Shown: piece after piece, positions 8,957 through 18,476 of the stretch | Position numbering within the stretch: position 1 is the stretch's first letter | Layout: each line of letters opens with the position of its first letter | Assembly: GCA_004558105.1 (NCBI GenBank) | Contig: SFEB01000004.1 | Span: 5,120 to 69,119 of the forward strand | Length of the DNA stretch: 64,000 bases | Source of the DNA: Clostridiales bacterium | Lineage (GTDB): Bacteria > Bacillota > Clostridia > Christensenellales > CAG-314 | Direction: 5' to 3' | Program-made: the position numbers and the translations under genes | The notes under the pieces: generated by a model | Told to the model about the DNA's origin: nothing | What the model saw: the letters and a program-made list of their open reading frames with translations, nothing else | Database searches by the model: none

Positions 8957-10806
8957 TTTGCCAATTCCTCCTCCGAAAGTTGTGATAACGCTATCTGTCT
9001 GTACGTTTCGTTGGTTTCCAGTAACTCGCGGTGTGTACCCATTCCGGCCATTTTGCCGTCCTGAAGAACGATTATCTTGTCTGCGTCTTTAATCGTTCCG
9101 ATACGCTGCGCCACAATAAGACACGTTGCTCCGTCGGTGTGTTTTTTCAACGCCGCGCGCAATTCTTTGTCCGTCTTAAAGTCCAGAGCGGAAAAACTGT
9201 CGTCGAATATGTAAATTTCCGGATCCCTGGCAATGGCGCGCGCTATCGACATGCGCTGTTTTTGCCCTCCGCTTACGTTTGTACCGCCCTGTGCAATATG
9301 TTCGCCGTACTTGTCGGGCATTTTTTCGATAAACTCGGTGCAATGCGCGACCTCTGCCGCCGCAACCACCTGCTCGTCCGTAGGTTTCGGTCTGCCGTTG
9401 TCGCCGTAAGTGATATTGCTTTTTACGTCGCCGCTGAAAAGCACCGACCGTTGAGGAACGTAACCGAGTTTGTTGTTAAGCTCCTGTATTTTATAATCCT
9501 TTACGTTTACGCCGTCTACGAGTACTTCGCCCTCGGTTGCGTCAAAAAATCTGGGGACGAGATTGATAACGGTGCTTTTTCCGCTACCCGTGCCGCCGAT
9601 AAACGCTACCGTTTCGCCGCGGTTGGCTTTAAAGCTGATGTTTTCAAGCACGCATTCTTCCGCGTCGGGATACTTGAAACTGACGTTTTTAAACTCTACG
9701 ACGCCCACTAGCGGATTGCCGTTTTCGTCCTTTTCGCCCTCGGTACGGCTTCCGTCCTTAATGGTGGTCTCTGTGTCGAGAACCGCATTGATACGCGCCG
9801 CCGCAACGCTTGCTCTCGGCCACATCATAAAGATAAAGGACAATACGATAAACGACATTACTACGTGCATGGAATACTGACTGAACGTCACCATATTTGC
9901 CCACGCCATATTCTGAGCGACCGTGTTTCCCGCAAGTCGGGTAATAAGAACTGCGCCTATCCAGTATATAGCCAGATTAAGACCGTTTTGCATCGCGTTG
10001 GTCATCGGATTCATAAACGCCATTGCGCGCGCGCCGCCCAGGAAGTTTTCGGTAAGACTGTTATTGCTCTTTTCAAACTTGCTTTCCTGAAAACTTTCGG
10101 CGTTATAGGCACGCACTACGCGTAAACCCGTAAGATTTTCTCTCATATCGCGGTTGACGTCGTCTATTAAACTTTGCATACGCTTAAACCGCGGCGTTGC
10201 GATGGAAATAATGACGATAATACAGATGATGAGCAAAGCCGCCGTTATCGCCGTTGCCAACGACCACTGCCACTGATTTTTCGCGCCGATTTTAGTTACC
10301 GAAGCGATAATCATAATGGGAGCCTTAATCATCATATGCAATCCCATCGCGATAAACATGGTGATTTGCGTTACGTCGTTGGTAGAACGGGTAATGAGAC
10401 TTGCGGTAGAAAACTTGTTGATTTCCGCCTGACCGAAAGACTGCACTTTCGAAAACGTCATACTGCGAAGACGCTTACCGATGCTTGCCGCTATTACCGC
10501 AGAACAAAAACCCGCGCATATGGTAGAAAGAAAACTTAAAACGGCGTAGGTTAACATCGTGAGCCCCATTGCCAGGATTTCCGTCATCTGCTCCGTTCCG
10601 CCGCCTAAAAGTTTTAAAAAACAGTTACTATACAAAAAATCGCTTATTCCCGTCATATTGATGTCTTTGCCCTGCACCAGCAAAAGCAAATTTGACGAAA
10701 CGTCGGGAACGGCGAGATCGAGTACGCCGCTGATGCCGATAAAAATCATACAGCACAATACTCCCAGCCACTCTTTTTTGTTGAATTTGCCTATTATTTT
10801 TAACAT
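8953..10806 (-). CDS. ABC exporter, fused permease/ATPase subunit (heterodimer partner A)
   Basis: Walker A GGTGSGKST, signature VSGGQKQR, Walker B IFDDSFS. The start is moved to the ATG at 10806 (MLKIIGK), which has an AGGAGG 7 nt upstream. It overlaps the marR stop. Confidence 0.9.
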   Translation of the reverse strand: MLKIIGKFNKKEWLGVLCCMIFIGISGVLDLAVPDVSSNLLLLVQGKDINMTGISDFLYSNCFLKLLGGGTEQMTEILAMGLTMLTYAVLSFLSTICAGFCSAVIAASIGKRLRSMTFSKVQSFGQAEINKFSTASLITRSTNDVTQITMFIAMGLHMMIKAPIMIIASVTKIGAKNQWQWSLATAITAALLIICIIVIISIATPRFKRMQSLIDDVNRDMRENLTGLRVVRAYNAESFQESKFEKSNNSLTENFLGGARAMAFMNPMTNAMQNGLNLAIYWIGAVLITRLAGNTVAQNMAWANMVTFSQYSMHVVMSFIVLSFIFMMWPRASVAAARINAVLDTETTIKDGSRTEGEKDENGNPLVGVVEFKNVSFKYPDAEECVLENISFKANRGETVAFIGGTGSGKSTVINLVPRFFDATEGEVLVDGVNVKDYKIQELNNKLGYVPQRSVLFSGDVKSNITYGDNGRPKPTDEQVVAAAEVAHCTEFIEKMPDKYGEHIAQGGTNVSGGQKQRMSIARAIARDPEIYIFDDSFSALDFKTDKELRAALKKHTDGATCLIVAQRIGTIKDADKIIVLQDGKMAGMGTHRELLETNETYRQIALSQLSEEELAK

Positions 10807-11270
10807 CCTTCCTCCTTGCTGCATTCTCCCTTTAAGTTTTCGGCAATCTTATCCGCAACGCGGCAGAAAATCTTTAATTCTTCCTCGTCTATACCCCGTT
10901 TCATAAGCTCCTCGGTCTGTTGGATTTTTTTCTTCATAATTTTGCTTGCTTGCAGAGCCTTGTCGGTAAGTACGATTTTTTTCAACCGCGCGTCGCTCTC
11001 AACCGACTCGCGCGTAACGAGACCGTTTTTTTCCATCAACTGCAACATTTTGGTGACGGTACTGCGGCGCATGTTAAACCTTTTTTCTACGTCCCGCTGA
11101 TACACGTCCCCCTGCCTCTCGATATAACCGATAAGCCACCCGTGCATACCCGTAACTTCGTCGATGTGCTCGGCTGCGACGTCGTTCGCCATACGCCTTT
11201 TGAGCAGGTTGGACAAGCATTTGATTTTTACCCCTATCCTGTCCGGAGAAGTCGATTTTTTTTCTTCCAT
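10800..11270 (-). CDS. MarR family transcriptional regulator
   Basis: 156 aa with a winged-helix core (QRDVEKRFNMRRSTVTKMLQLMEKNGLVTRE). First gene of the ABC exporter operon. Confidence 0.85.
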   Translation of the reverse strand: MEEKKSTSPDRIGVKIKCLSNLLKRRMANDVAAEHIDEVTGMHGWLIGYIERQGDVYQRDVEKRFNMRRSTVTKMLQLMEKNGLVTRESVESDARLKKIVLTDKALQASKIMKKKIQQTEELMKRGIDEEELKIFCRVADKIAENLKGECSKEEGC

Positions 11271-11330
11271 ATCTCTTCCTCTTTATTGAAACACCCTGTC
11301 TGAATATTATATTTTGAATATTCTATTTTT

Positions 11331-11346
11331 TGTTAGCTGGCTAACA
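11331..11346. promoter_or_regulatory. Candidate MarR operator (inverted repeat TGTTAGC-TG-GCTAACA)
   Basis: Perfect 7-bp inverted repeat about 60 nt upstream of the marR start. An adjacent duplicated TGAATATT lies at 11301-11326. Confidence 0.45.
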
Positions 11347-11505
11347 TTATATTCTTGCTTAAAGTATTTGTCAACAAAATAAACGACAAAAACGAAAGTT
11401 TTTAGATTATTTTTTCCTAACGCTAAAAATTTTTCACGTTAAAAAACCCCGCTTAAAAAAGTACGAGGTTTTTTGCTCATTTTTTCCTATGTTTTTTCCG
11501 CCTTT

Positions 11506-12873
11506 TTACGGCTGTTTTTTATTGATTCCGAAGTACCGTTTCACAAAGTTTGTCTTTGCGTCGGTATAGGGCGGATATTTGAGGTTAAGTTCCTGCTTGT
11601 TTTTATACAACAGGCTTTTCGCATGGGTAAACGTTTCGTAAGATTTTGCGCCATGATAACTACCCGTCCCCGACCTTCCGACGCCGCCGAAAGGCAATCT
11701 TTCTTCCGTAAGGTGCATTACCGTGTCGTTCATGCAGCCGCCGCCGCTGACAACGTGTTCCGCAACGTAATCGCACGCCGCTTTGCTCTCCGAAAAATAG
11801 TAAAACGCCAACGGTCTGTCCATTACGTTAATTTTTGCCAGCAAACCCTTCAATTCGGTAAAGGTTAATACGGGCAATACCGGCGCGAAAATTTCGTTTT
11901 GCATTATCGGCGAGTCAAAAGTCACCTCGTCCACTACGGTAGGATACATTTTGCGTCCTTCGGCCTTACCGCCCACGATGATTTTCTCGCCCTCGATAAG
12001 TCCGAGAACTTCCTTAACTTTGCTTTCGGTAATGACGTAGGGGTAGTCGTCGCGCAAGGCGTCGCCCAAAAAGTAAAACCGTCTGATATATTCTAGCAGT
12101 TTTTTAATAAATTCTTCCTTGACGCTCTCATGCACGACGCAATAGTCGGGAGCGACGCAGGTCTGTCCCGCGTTGAGAAATTTTCCCCAGGCAATTCGTT
12201 TTGCCGCCAGATCTACGTCTGCGTCCCTGTCCACCACGCAGGGCGACTTGCCGCCCAACTCCAACACGCACGGAACGAGGTTTTTCGCCTGTACCGCGCG
12301 AATCTTTTTTGCGAAGTCCGCGCTACCCGTGTAAAACATAAAGTCGAATTTTTGTTCGAATAACGTCTCGTCACGCTCGCAGTTGACGTAAACGTATTCT
12401 TCGTCAAATACCGACAGAATGTCTTTAATGACCTTGCTTACGTTGGGAGTTTTAGAACTCGGTTTGACGACCGCCGTATTGCCTCCCGCAATTGCTCCGA
12501 TAAGCGGCACGAAAGTAAGTTGGAAGGGGTAGTTCCAGGGCGACACGACCAACGTGACGCCGTAAGGAAGGCGGACTATTTTTCCGTAGGAAGAATAATT
12601 CGTCAGACTCGTACGCACACGGGTGGGGCGCGAAAGCTTTCTCAGACGTTTCAAAAAGAAATTCAATTCCTGCAAAACCATACCCACTTCCGTCGAGCAG
12701 ACGTCGAATTCGCACTTATTGAAATCCGTTTTAAAAGCGACCGTAAGGTCGTCTACATGGGCAAGTATCGATTGTTTCAGTTTCTTTAACGCGTCGAGGC
12801 GGTAGTCGACGGAAAAGGTTGCTCCGCCGTTAAAAAAATCGCGCTGTTTATCTACTATCTGCTTAATCTCCAT
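11506..12873 (-). CDS. NAD(P)-dependent aldehyde dehydrogenase (ALDH3-like)
   Basis: 455 aa. Catalytic Glu context ELGGKSP and catalytic Cys context GQTCVAPDY. Confidence 0.85.
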   Translation of the reverse strand: MEIKQIVDKQRDFFNGGATFSVDYRLDALKKLKQSILAHVDDLTVAFKTDFNKCEFDVCSTEVGMVLQELNFFLKRLRKLSRPTRVRTSLTNYSSYGKIVRLPYGVTLVVSPWNYPFQLTFVPLIGAIAGGNTAVVKPSSKTPNVSKVIKDILSVFDEEYVYVNCERDETLFEQKFDFMFYTGSADFAKKIRAVQAKNLVPCVLELGGKSPCVVDRDADVDLAAKRIAWGKFLNAGQTCVAPDYCVVHESVKEEFIKKLLEYIRRFYFLGDALRDDYPYVITESKVKEVLGLIEGEKIIVGGKAEGRKMYPTVVDEVTFDSPIMQNEIFAPVLPVLTFTELKGLLAKINVMDRPLAFYYFSESKAACDYVAEHVVSGGGCMNDTVMHLTEERLPFGGVGRSGTGSYHGAKSYETFTHAKSLLYKNKQELNLKYPPYTDAKTNFVKRYFGINKKQP

Positions 12874-13032
12874 AACTGCTCCTTACTGCGGACGGAAAAA
12901 GTCGGAAAGAATAATCTTTGCGTTTATTCGTAAAACTGCCGTTCGCCATAACCGTAAATAATATTATAGCACAAATCGAAAATATTGCCAATTTTATTTG
13001 CCAAGTATATTTTATTTTGCTAAAATAACGGT

Positions 13033-13737
13033 ATGAAAAAAACCATTATAGCCATTGGCGGCGGAGAAATCAAAACAAAGCAAACTCTCGACATAGACCG
13101 TTTCGTAGTGGACTACGTCAAACAACGCATACCTGCGGACAAACGCCCTTACGGGTTGTTTCTCGGTACGGCAAGTCACGACAGTATGCCATACTTTAAC
13201 AGTTACCGAAAAACCTACACTTCCGTTCTGGACGTCAAAGCCGACTGCGCCCTTTCGGTGTACGGCGAGATGGATTTCGAACACATCAGAGAAAAATTTT
13301 TTAAAGCCGATTTTCTTTACGTCGGCGGCGGCGACACCAAGTTTTTGATGGAAAAGTGGCGCGAAAGCGGTATCTACGACCTCGTAGCGGACGCTTACGA
13401 CCGCGGCGTAGTCATCGTCGGTCTTTCCGCCGGCGCAATCTGCTGGTTCAAGGATATTTACAGCGATTACGACATTATCGGCGGACAAAGCGGCGAATAT
13501 AAACTGCTCAAAGGGTTCGGTTGGATAGACAACCTCGCCTGCCCTCACTACGACGACAGAACCGAGTTTGACCAAACCTTTTTAAATAGCGAACAAACGA
13601 GCGCATACGGGTTGGAAAACAACGCCGCTCTTGTCTTTGAGGACCTCGTCCCCGTAAAGACCGTGTCCGCCGGCGGAAACGTTTATCGCCTCGTAAAAGA
13701 AAACGGAAAACTCGTCAAAACGGTATTGAAACTATGA
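13033..13737 (+). CDS. Peptidase S51 (dipeptidase E-like) family protein
   Basis: 234 aa with IIAIGGGEI, YVGGGDT and the nucleophile context GLSAGA. Confidence 0.7.
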   Translation: MKKTIIAIGGGEIKTKQTLDIDRFVVDYVKQRIPADKRPYGLFLGTASHDSMPYFNSYRKTYTSVLDVKADCALSVYGEMDFEHIREKFFKADFLYVGGGDTKFLMEKWRESGIYDLVADAYDRGVVIVGLSAGAICWFKDIYSDYDIIGGQSGEYKLLKGFGWIDNLACPHYDDRTEFDQTFLNSEQTSAYGLENNAALVFEDLVPVKTVSAGGNVYRLVKENGKLVKTVLKL

Positions 13738-14669
13738 CCTTCACTTTTTTAGACTCTATGCTGGCCGTGGCGGGAATGTTAATTTTCGCCGTTCCCGGCT
13801 TTTTATTCATCAAAACGAAACTTCTCGACGAAACGAGTATTCCCAACTTTGCAAAACTGCTGCTGTACGTTTGTCAGCCCTGCCTGAGCCTGTACAGTTT
13901 TAATCAGGCGACCAAAGCGAATATCAACCCCGTCAACGTCGGTATCGTGTTTTTGTTGGCGCTGGTCATGCAATGTCTGATTATTTTTCTCGTCTGGCTG
14001 GCGTTAAGAAAAAGGTTTGACGACGTAAACTACCGCGTGACCTGCGTTGCTGGCGCTTTCGGAAACGTCGGTTTTCTCGGCGTGCCGTTGCTGGAAAAAC
14101 TTCTGCCCGACTCCCCCGGTATCGTGGCGTATTCCGCCGCTTTTATCGTGGCTCTCAACCTGTTGGCATGGACGCTCGGTTGTTTCGTCCTGACAAAAGA
14201 TAAAAAATATTTCAGCGCAAAAAAACTGTTTCTGAACCCACCCATGCTTACTTTAATCGTGGCGTTGCCACTGTTTTTGACGGGGACGCAACTGCCTGCC
14301 GGCGCCGTTGATATCGAAGGCATCGTCACCACCCTCGGCAAAATGACCACGCCGCTTTGCATGATTATACTCGGTATGCGACTTGCTACCGTTTCGCCCA
14401 AAGATTTGTTCTGCGACTGGAAAGTGTATCTGGCTACGGCAATCAAACTTATCGTCCTGCCTTTAATCACATTTACGGTCATGCTCGCGCTCCCGTTGTC
14501 CGACGAAATAAAGGTCGCAACCTTTATACTCAGTTGTTGCCCGTCCGCCACGGTTGTGCTTAATCTGTCGGAAATGTTCGGCAGCGGTCAGAAGGTCTCG
14601 GCAAACATCATACTGCTCAGCACGATTTGTTGTATAGTCACTATTCCTTTAATGTTACTGTTGGTATAA
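13734..14669 (+). CDS. AEC (auxin efflux carrier) family transporter
   Basis: 311-aa polytopic membrane protein with the 5+5 TM layout typical of the AEC/malate permease family. Its start overlaps the upstream stop. Confidence 0.7.
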   Translation: MTFTFLDSMLAVAGMLIFAVPGFLFIKTKLLDETSIPNFAKLLLYVCQPCLSLYSFNQATKANINPVNVGIVFLLALVMQCLIIFLVWLALRKRFDDVNYRVTCVAGAFGNVGFLGVPLLEKLLPDSPGIVAYSAAFIVALNLLAWTLGCFVLTKDKKYFSAKKLFLNPPMLTLIVALPLFLTGTQLPAGAVDIEGIVTTLGKMTTPLCMIILGMRLATVSPKDLFCDWKVYLATAIKLIVLPLITFTVMLALPLSDEIKVATFILSCCPSATVVLNLSEMFGSGQKVSANIILLSTICCIVTIPLMLLLV

Positions 14670-14721
14670 CCCCGTTTATACTCGTTTATCGGATAAAACC
14701 GTCTTTCACGGAGGATAAATA

Positions 14722-15159
14722 ATGAAAATAAGAGTAAAAAAACTTTATCCCGACGCAAAACTGCCTACGTACTCCACCCCCTACGCCGCAGGCGCAGACC
14801 TTTACGCTTATACCGAAAAGGACGTGACGATAGAACCGCATACGACGGTTTTTGTCACCACGGGACTGTCGGTGGAAATTCCCGACGGGTACGCAGGGCT
14901 GGTTTACGCCCGTAGCGGACTGGCAAGCAAAAACGACCTTGCGCCCGCCAACAAAGTAGGCGTCATCGACAGCGACTATCGCGGCGAGACCTTCGTCGCT
15001 CTTCACAATCACGGCAATTATCCTCAGACGATATCCAACGGTCAACGTATCGCTCAACTGGTTATCACGCCCGTAATCGCGGCAGAGTTCGTCGAAGCGG
15101 AAGAACTTTCCCGTACGGAACGCGGCGAAGGCGGTTTCGGAAGCAGCGGCAAGTTTTAA
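14722..15159 (+). CDS. dut: dUTP diphosphatase
   Basis: 145 aa. Trimeric dUTPase motifs AGADL, GVIDSDYRGE and C-terminal RGEGGFGSSG. Confidence 0.9.
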   Translation: MKIRVKKLYPDAKLPTYSTPYAAGADLYAYTEKDVTIEPHTTVFVTTGLSVEIPDGYAGLVYARSGLASKNDLAPANKVGVIDSDYRGETFVALHNHGNYPQTISNGQRIAQLVITPVIAAEFVEAEELSRTERGEGGFGSSGKF

Positions 15160-15317
15160 AACGAAAGTCACTTAAAGCGGTTTACGGAAACAAAATAATA
15201 GCGGAAATCTTATTAAAATATATTGCAAATTCTTAACTATTTTGTTAAACTAAGTAGTGGAGTAATTTGCAATTTTTTATTTTTGCTCCATTTTTAGAAA
15301 AATTAAAGGGAGAACTT

Positions 15318-16979
15318 ATGTTTAACGGAGAAATTGTCCTTGCCGTTGCGGAACTACTTGCCGGACTCGGCGCGTTCCTGCTCGGCTTTAACCTCTTGTC
15401 CGGTTCGATGACCAAACTTGCCGGCGGCGGATTGAAAAACATGTTGGGTAAAACTGTTCATTCGCCCTTGAAAGGCGTCGGCATAGGCGCTTTATCTACG
15501 GCAGTGATGCAATCGAGCAGTATTACCACCGTTATGTTCGTCGGTTTCGTCAATGCGGGTATTATGACTCTTCCGCAGGCTACGGCGTTGATAATGGGCA
15601 GCAACATCGGCTCAACGATAACGGCTCAGATCGCCGCTTTGCAGAGTATCGATATCATGAGTTATCTCATGCTCCTCGCCTGCGTGGGCGCGTTTATGAA
15701 TCTGTTTGCCAAACGCGAAAAATTTAAGACGCTCGGCCTCGCTCTCGGCGGTCTCGGACTTATTTTCGTAGGCATGTGGATGATGGAAGGCAGTATGGAA
15801 ATCTTTAAAGACGACCCGTTTTTCCAGACAGCTATCACCAGCGTTACCAACCCCGTCCTGCTCCTTCTTATCGGTGCTGCCGTAACCGCCCTCTTCCAGA
15901 GCAGCGGCGCGGTCACCAGTATCGTCATCTCTATCGCCGCGGCAGGAATCACCATCGGCAACGGCGGCAACAGCGTACTTTTCGTCATCATGGGCAGTAA
16001 CATAGGTACCTGCGTAACGGCACTTTTAAGCGCCATAGGCGCAACCGCAAACGGCAAGCGCGCAAGTATTATCCACCTGATGTTCAACACCTTCGGCGCA
16101 GTTCTTTTTACCGTTGTGTTGCTTATATGGAAAAACTTTTTCGAAGTTACTTTCCAACGCTGGTTTACCTTACCGGCGACGCAAATCGCAATGTTCCACA
16201 CCTTCTTCAACGTTATATGCACCGCTATATTCCTGCCGTTTATCAACGTTTTCGTAAAAATTTCGGAATGTGTGATAAAGGACAAGAAACCCGCTTCGTC
16301 CGTGGCGGAAAGCGACTTTATGGACGAAAGATTGCTCAATACCCCCACCGTCGCTCTCGCCCAACTCTCCAACGAAGCAGTAATCGTTGCCCGCAAGGCG
16401 TTTGAAAACCTTTCGACGTCATTCGAAAAATTCCTTGAACTAGACGACTCGACTGCCAACGATATCGGCGACAAAACGATAGAAGTGGAACAAACTATCG
16501 GCGCAATGGTCAATTACCTGGTAAAAATCAGTTCCCGCAACATAGGTCAGCACGAAGAAGAACTGATCAACGTAATGCACCACAACCTCAACGATATTCT
16601 GCGCGTCAACGCTTTTGCCGACAACTTCGTCAAGTACACAGCAAAATCCATAAAGGAAGACCTGACCTATTCCGACAACGTAAAAGCGCAACTGCGCGAT
16701 ATGTTCGACAATATCACCAAACTTTTCGAACTCAGCGTCACCGTCTTAAACGACAGCGAACACGTCCAGATGGATAAAGTGGACGAATACGAAGATAAAA
16801 TCGACCGCAACAAAAACCAACTTATCGACGGACATATCGAACGCCTCAATCAGGGCATCTGCCAACCGGCTTGCAGCGGCATCTTTATCAATCTTGTCAG
16901 CAACCTCGAACGTGCAGGCGACCACCTGACCTACATAGCCCACTCTTTCGACGAAATAAATGGCAAAGTAAACGCCTGA
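15318..16979 (+). CDS. Na/Pi cotransporter family protein with PhoU-like C-terminal domain
   Basis: Na/Pi-II related membrane repeats (QSSSITT, QSSGAVTS) followed by a helical PhoU-like domain. The start is moved to the ATG at 15318 (MFNGEIV), preceded by AAAGGGAGAA. Confidence 0.8.
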   Translation: MFNGEIVLAVAELLAGLGAFLLGFNLLSGSMTKLAGGGLKNMLGKTVHSPLKGVGIGALSTAVMQSSSITTVMFVGFVNAGIMTLPQATALIMGSNIGSTITAQIAALQSIDIMSYLMLLACVGAFMNLFAKREKFKTLGLALGGLGLIFVGMWMMEGSMEIFKDDPFFQTAITSVTNPVLLLLIGAAVTALFQSSGAVTSIVISIAAAGITIGNGGNSVLFVIMGSNIGTCVTALLSAIGATANGKRASIIHLMFNTFGAVLFTVVLLIWKNFFEVTFQRWFTLPATQIAMFHTFFNVICTAIFLPFINVFVKISECVIKDKKPASSVAESDFMDERLLNTPTVALAQLSNEAVIVARKAFENLSTSFEKFLELDDSTANDIGDKTIEVEQTIGAMVNYLVKISSRNIGQHEEELINVMHHNLNDILRVNAFADNFVKYTAKSIKEDLTYSDNVKAQLRDMFDNITKLFELSVTVLNDSEHVQMDKVDEYEDKIDRNKNQLIDGHIERLNQGICQPACSGIFINLVSNLERAGDHLTYIAHSFDEINGKVNA

Positions 16980-17068
16980 TTTCGTATTGCGCCGTTGACG
17001 GTTTTCAGACCGTATTTTGTCCTCATTAACCCTCTTTCGCATAAAATTACATTGTGAAAATACTAAGT

Positions 17069-17212
17069 GGTGGAAAAGTTGTCCACGAAAACCAAAACAC
17101 CGATTATTTGATTTTTTATGGGTTTTTCAACCCGAAACAGGGCGTTTTTGGGGGTGTTTATCCACTTATCCACCAACTTATCCACATTTTTCCACCGACA
17201 CGGTGGGGATAA
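17069..17212. promoter_or_regulatory. DnaA-box cluster (seven boxes, five of them within 55 bp)
   Basis: Box TTATCCACT at 17158-17166. Box TTATCCACC at 17166-17174. Box TTATCCACA (perfect) at 17178-17186. Box TTTTCCACC at 17188-17196. Inverted TGGGGATAA at 17204-17212. Weaker boxes at 17069-17077 and 17079-17087. Consensus used: TTATCCACA. Confidence 0.75.
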
Positions 17213-17292
17213 AAATGATAAAAATTCATCAAATACTTGACGGTTTTTGCATAATATAAAAAATACGAAAATAACGACAGGAGAAGAAGTTT

Positions 17293-17550
17293 ATGCAACA
17301 TTTTTCTTTCAGTCCGCACGGAGTGTGCGCTGTGAAAATCGATTTCGATATCGACGACGGAACGGTAAAAAATATCGTTTTTAAGGGCGGCTGCGACGGT
17401 AACCACAAGGCTATTGCCCGCCTTGCCGAAGGCGTCCCCGCTAAAAAAGTTGCCGAATTACTCAAAGGCAATACCTGCGGTTTTCGCAATACGAGTTGCG
17501 CAGACCAGTTGGCAATCGGTATTAACCTGGCTCTCGAACAAATGGAATAA
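17293..17550 (+). CDS. TSCPD-domain small protein (TIGR03905-like)
   Basis: 85 aa with four Cys: GVCAVKIDF...GGCDGNHKAI...GNTCGFRNTSCADQL. Confidence 0.7.
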   Translation: MQHFSFSPHGVCAVKIDFDIDDGTVKNIVFKGGCDGNHKAIARLAEGVPAKKVAELLKGNTCGFRNTSCADQLAIGINLALEQME

Positions 17551-17573
17551 CCCGAACGAAAACGCACGTACCG

Positions 17574-18422
17574 ATGAAAATTCAACATGAACACGTGGGG
17601 CACAGACAGCGATTGAGAGACCGATACGAAAAAGGCGGCATCACCGCCCTGTTCGACTACGAAATTCTGGAAATGCTGTTGGCTCAGATTATTTTATACG
17701 CCGATACTCAACCCACCGCCAAAAGACTGCTTAAAAAGTTCGGTACCGTCAGACACGTTCTGACGGCAAGCCTGGAAGAATTGGAAAGCGTGGACGGCGT
17801 AGGAAAACGAACGGCGTCGATACTCAACTTTTTCGGCCAGACCTTCGACTATATCCGCAGCGACCGGATAGACGCACATTCTTCCTATTCCAGGGTGGAA
17901 ATTGCCAACGCCTGCTACGAAGCGTTCAAAGGCAAAAACTACGAATGTATGGTATTTTTGTGTTACGACCGCAATATGGAGTTATGCCACTCGGGCGAAA
18001 GCACCGAGTATCGCAGAGGCTACACCTTTTCGCCGACGATCGAAGAAATTATCGCCGAAGCGAAAGCACATCACGCAAAGTATATCTATTTTGCTCACAA
18101 CCACCCGAAGGGAAGCATCGTCCAACCGTCGAACGTCGACCTTAAGTTTATCGAAAAATCCGTTCGCGTTGCCATGGAAAACGGAATAATCGTGCTTGAC
18201 CACACGATTACCTGCGAACCCGATACTTACAGCGTATACTACGCCAACACTCTGGGCAACGTCGCCCTTAAAGTTATGGCAGAACTGGGCGGCGACAACC
18301 CGTATAACGACAACTTCGTCAAGGAAAACTTTTTCAACGATTCAAATTGGGACAGCGGATACTTCAACAAAACCGAAATGGAACGGCTTATAATGAATAA
18401 ATTCGACCCCATCCTTACCTGA
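17574..18422 (+). CDS. radC: RadC-like JAB-domain protein
   Basis: 282 aa. N-terminal GHRQRLRDR plus a helix-hairpin-helix (LESVDGVGKRTA). JAB motif AHNHPKG. It has a longer C-terminal tail than typical RadC. Confidence 0.8.
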   Translation: MKIQHEHVGHRQRLRDRYEKGGITALFDYEILEMLLAQIILYADTQPTAKRLLKKFGTVRHVLTASLEELESVDGVGKRTASILNFFGQTFDYIRSDRIDAHSSYSRVEIANACYEAFKGKNYECMVFLCYDRNMELCHSGESTEYRRGYTFSPTIEEIIAEAKAHHAKYIYFAHNHPKGSIVQPSNVDLKFIEKSVRVAMENGIIVLDHTITCEPDTYSVYYANTLGNVALKVMAELGGDNPYNDNFVKENFFNDSNWDSGYFNKTEMERLIMNKFDPILT

Positions 18423-18476
18423 AAATAAAATAAACGACAAAATTTATTGCCGTCGGAAACCAACAGAGGTATAACT

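Noticed and set aside
15662-16513. 283-aa minus-strand ORF opposite the Na/Pi cotransporter. Similar cases: 13012-13575, 14030-14551, 14686-15171, 46497-47081, 60233-60889, 62997-63584, 63430-63993.
   Set aside because: All lie antisense to well-supported genes and have biased, motif-free sequences.
17017-17259. 80-aa ORF overlapping the DnaA-box cluster
   Set aside because: It is composed of the box repeats themselves and has no RBS. The region is better explained as regulatory or origin-like DNA.
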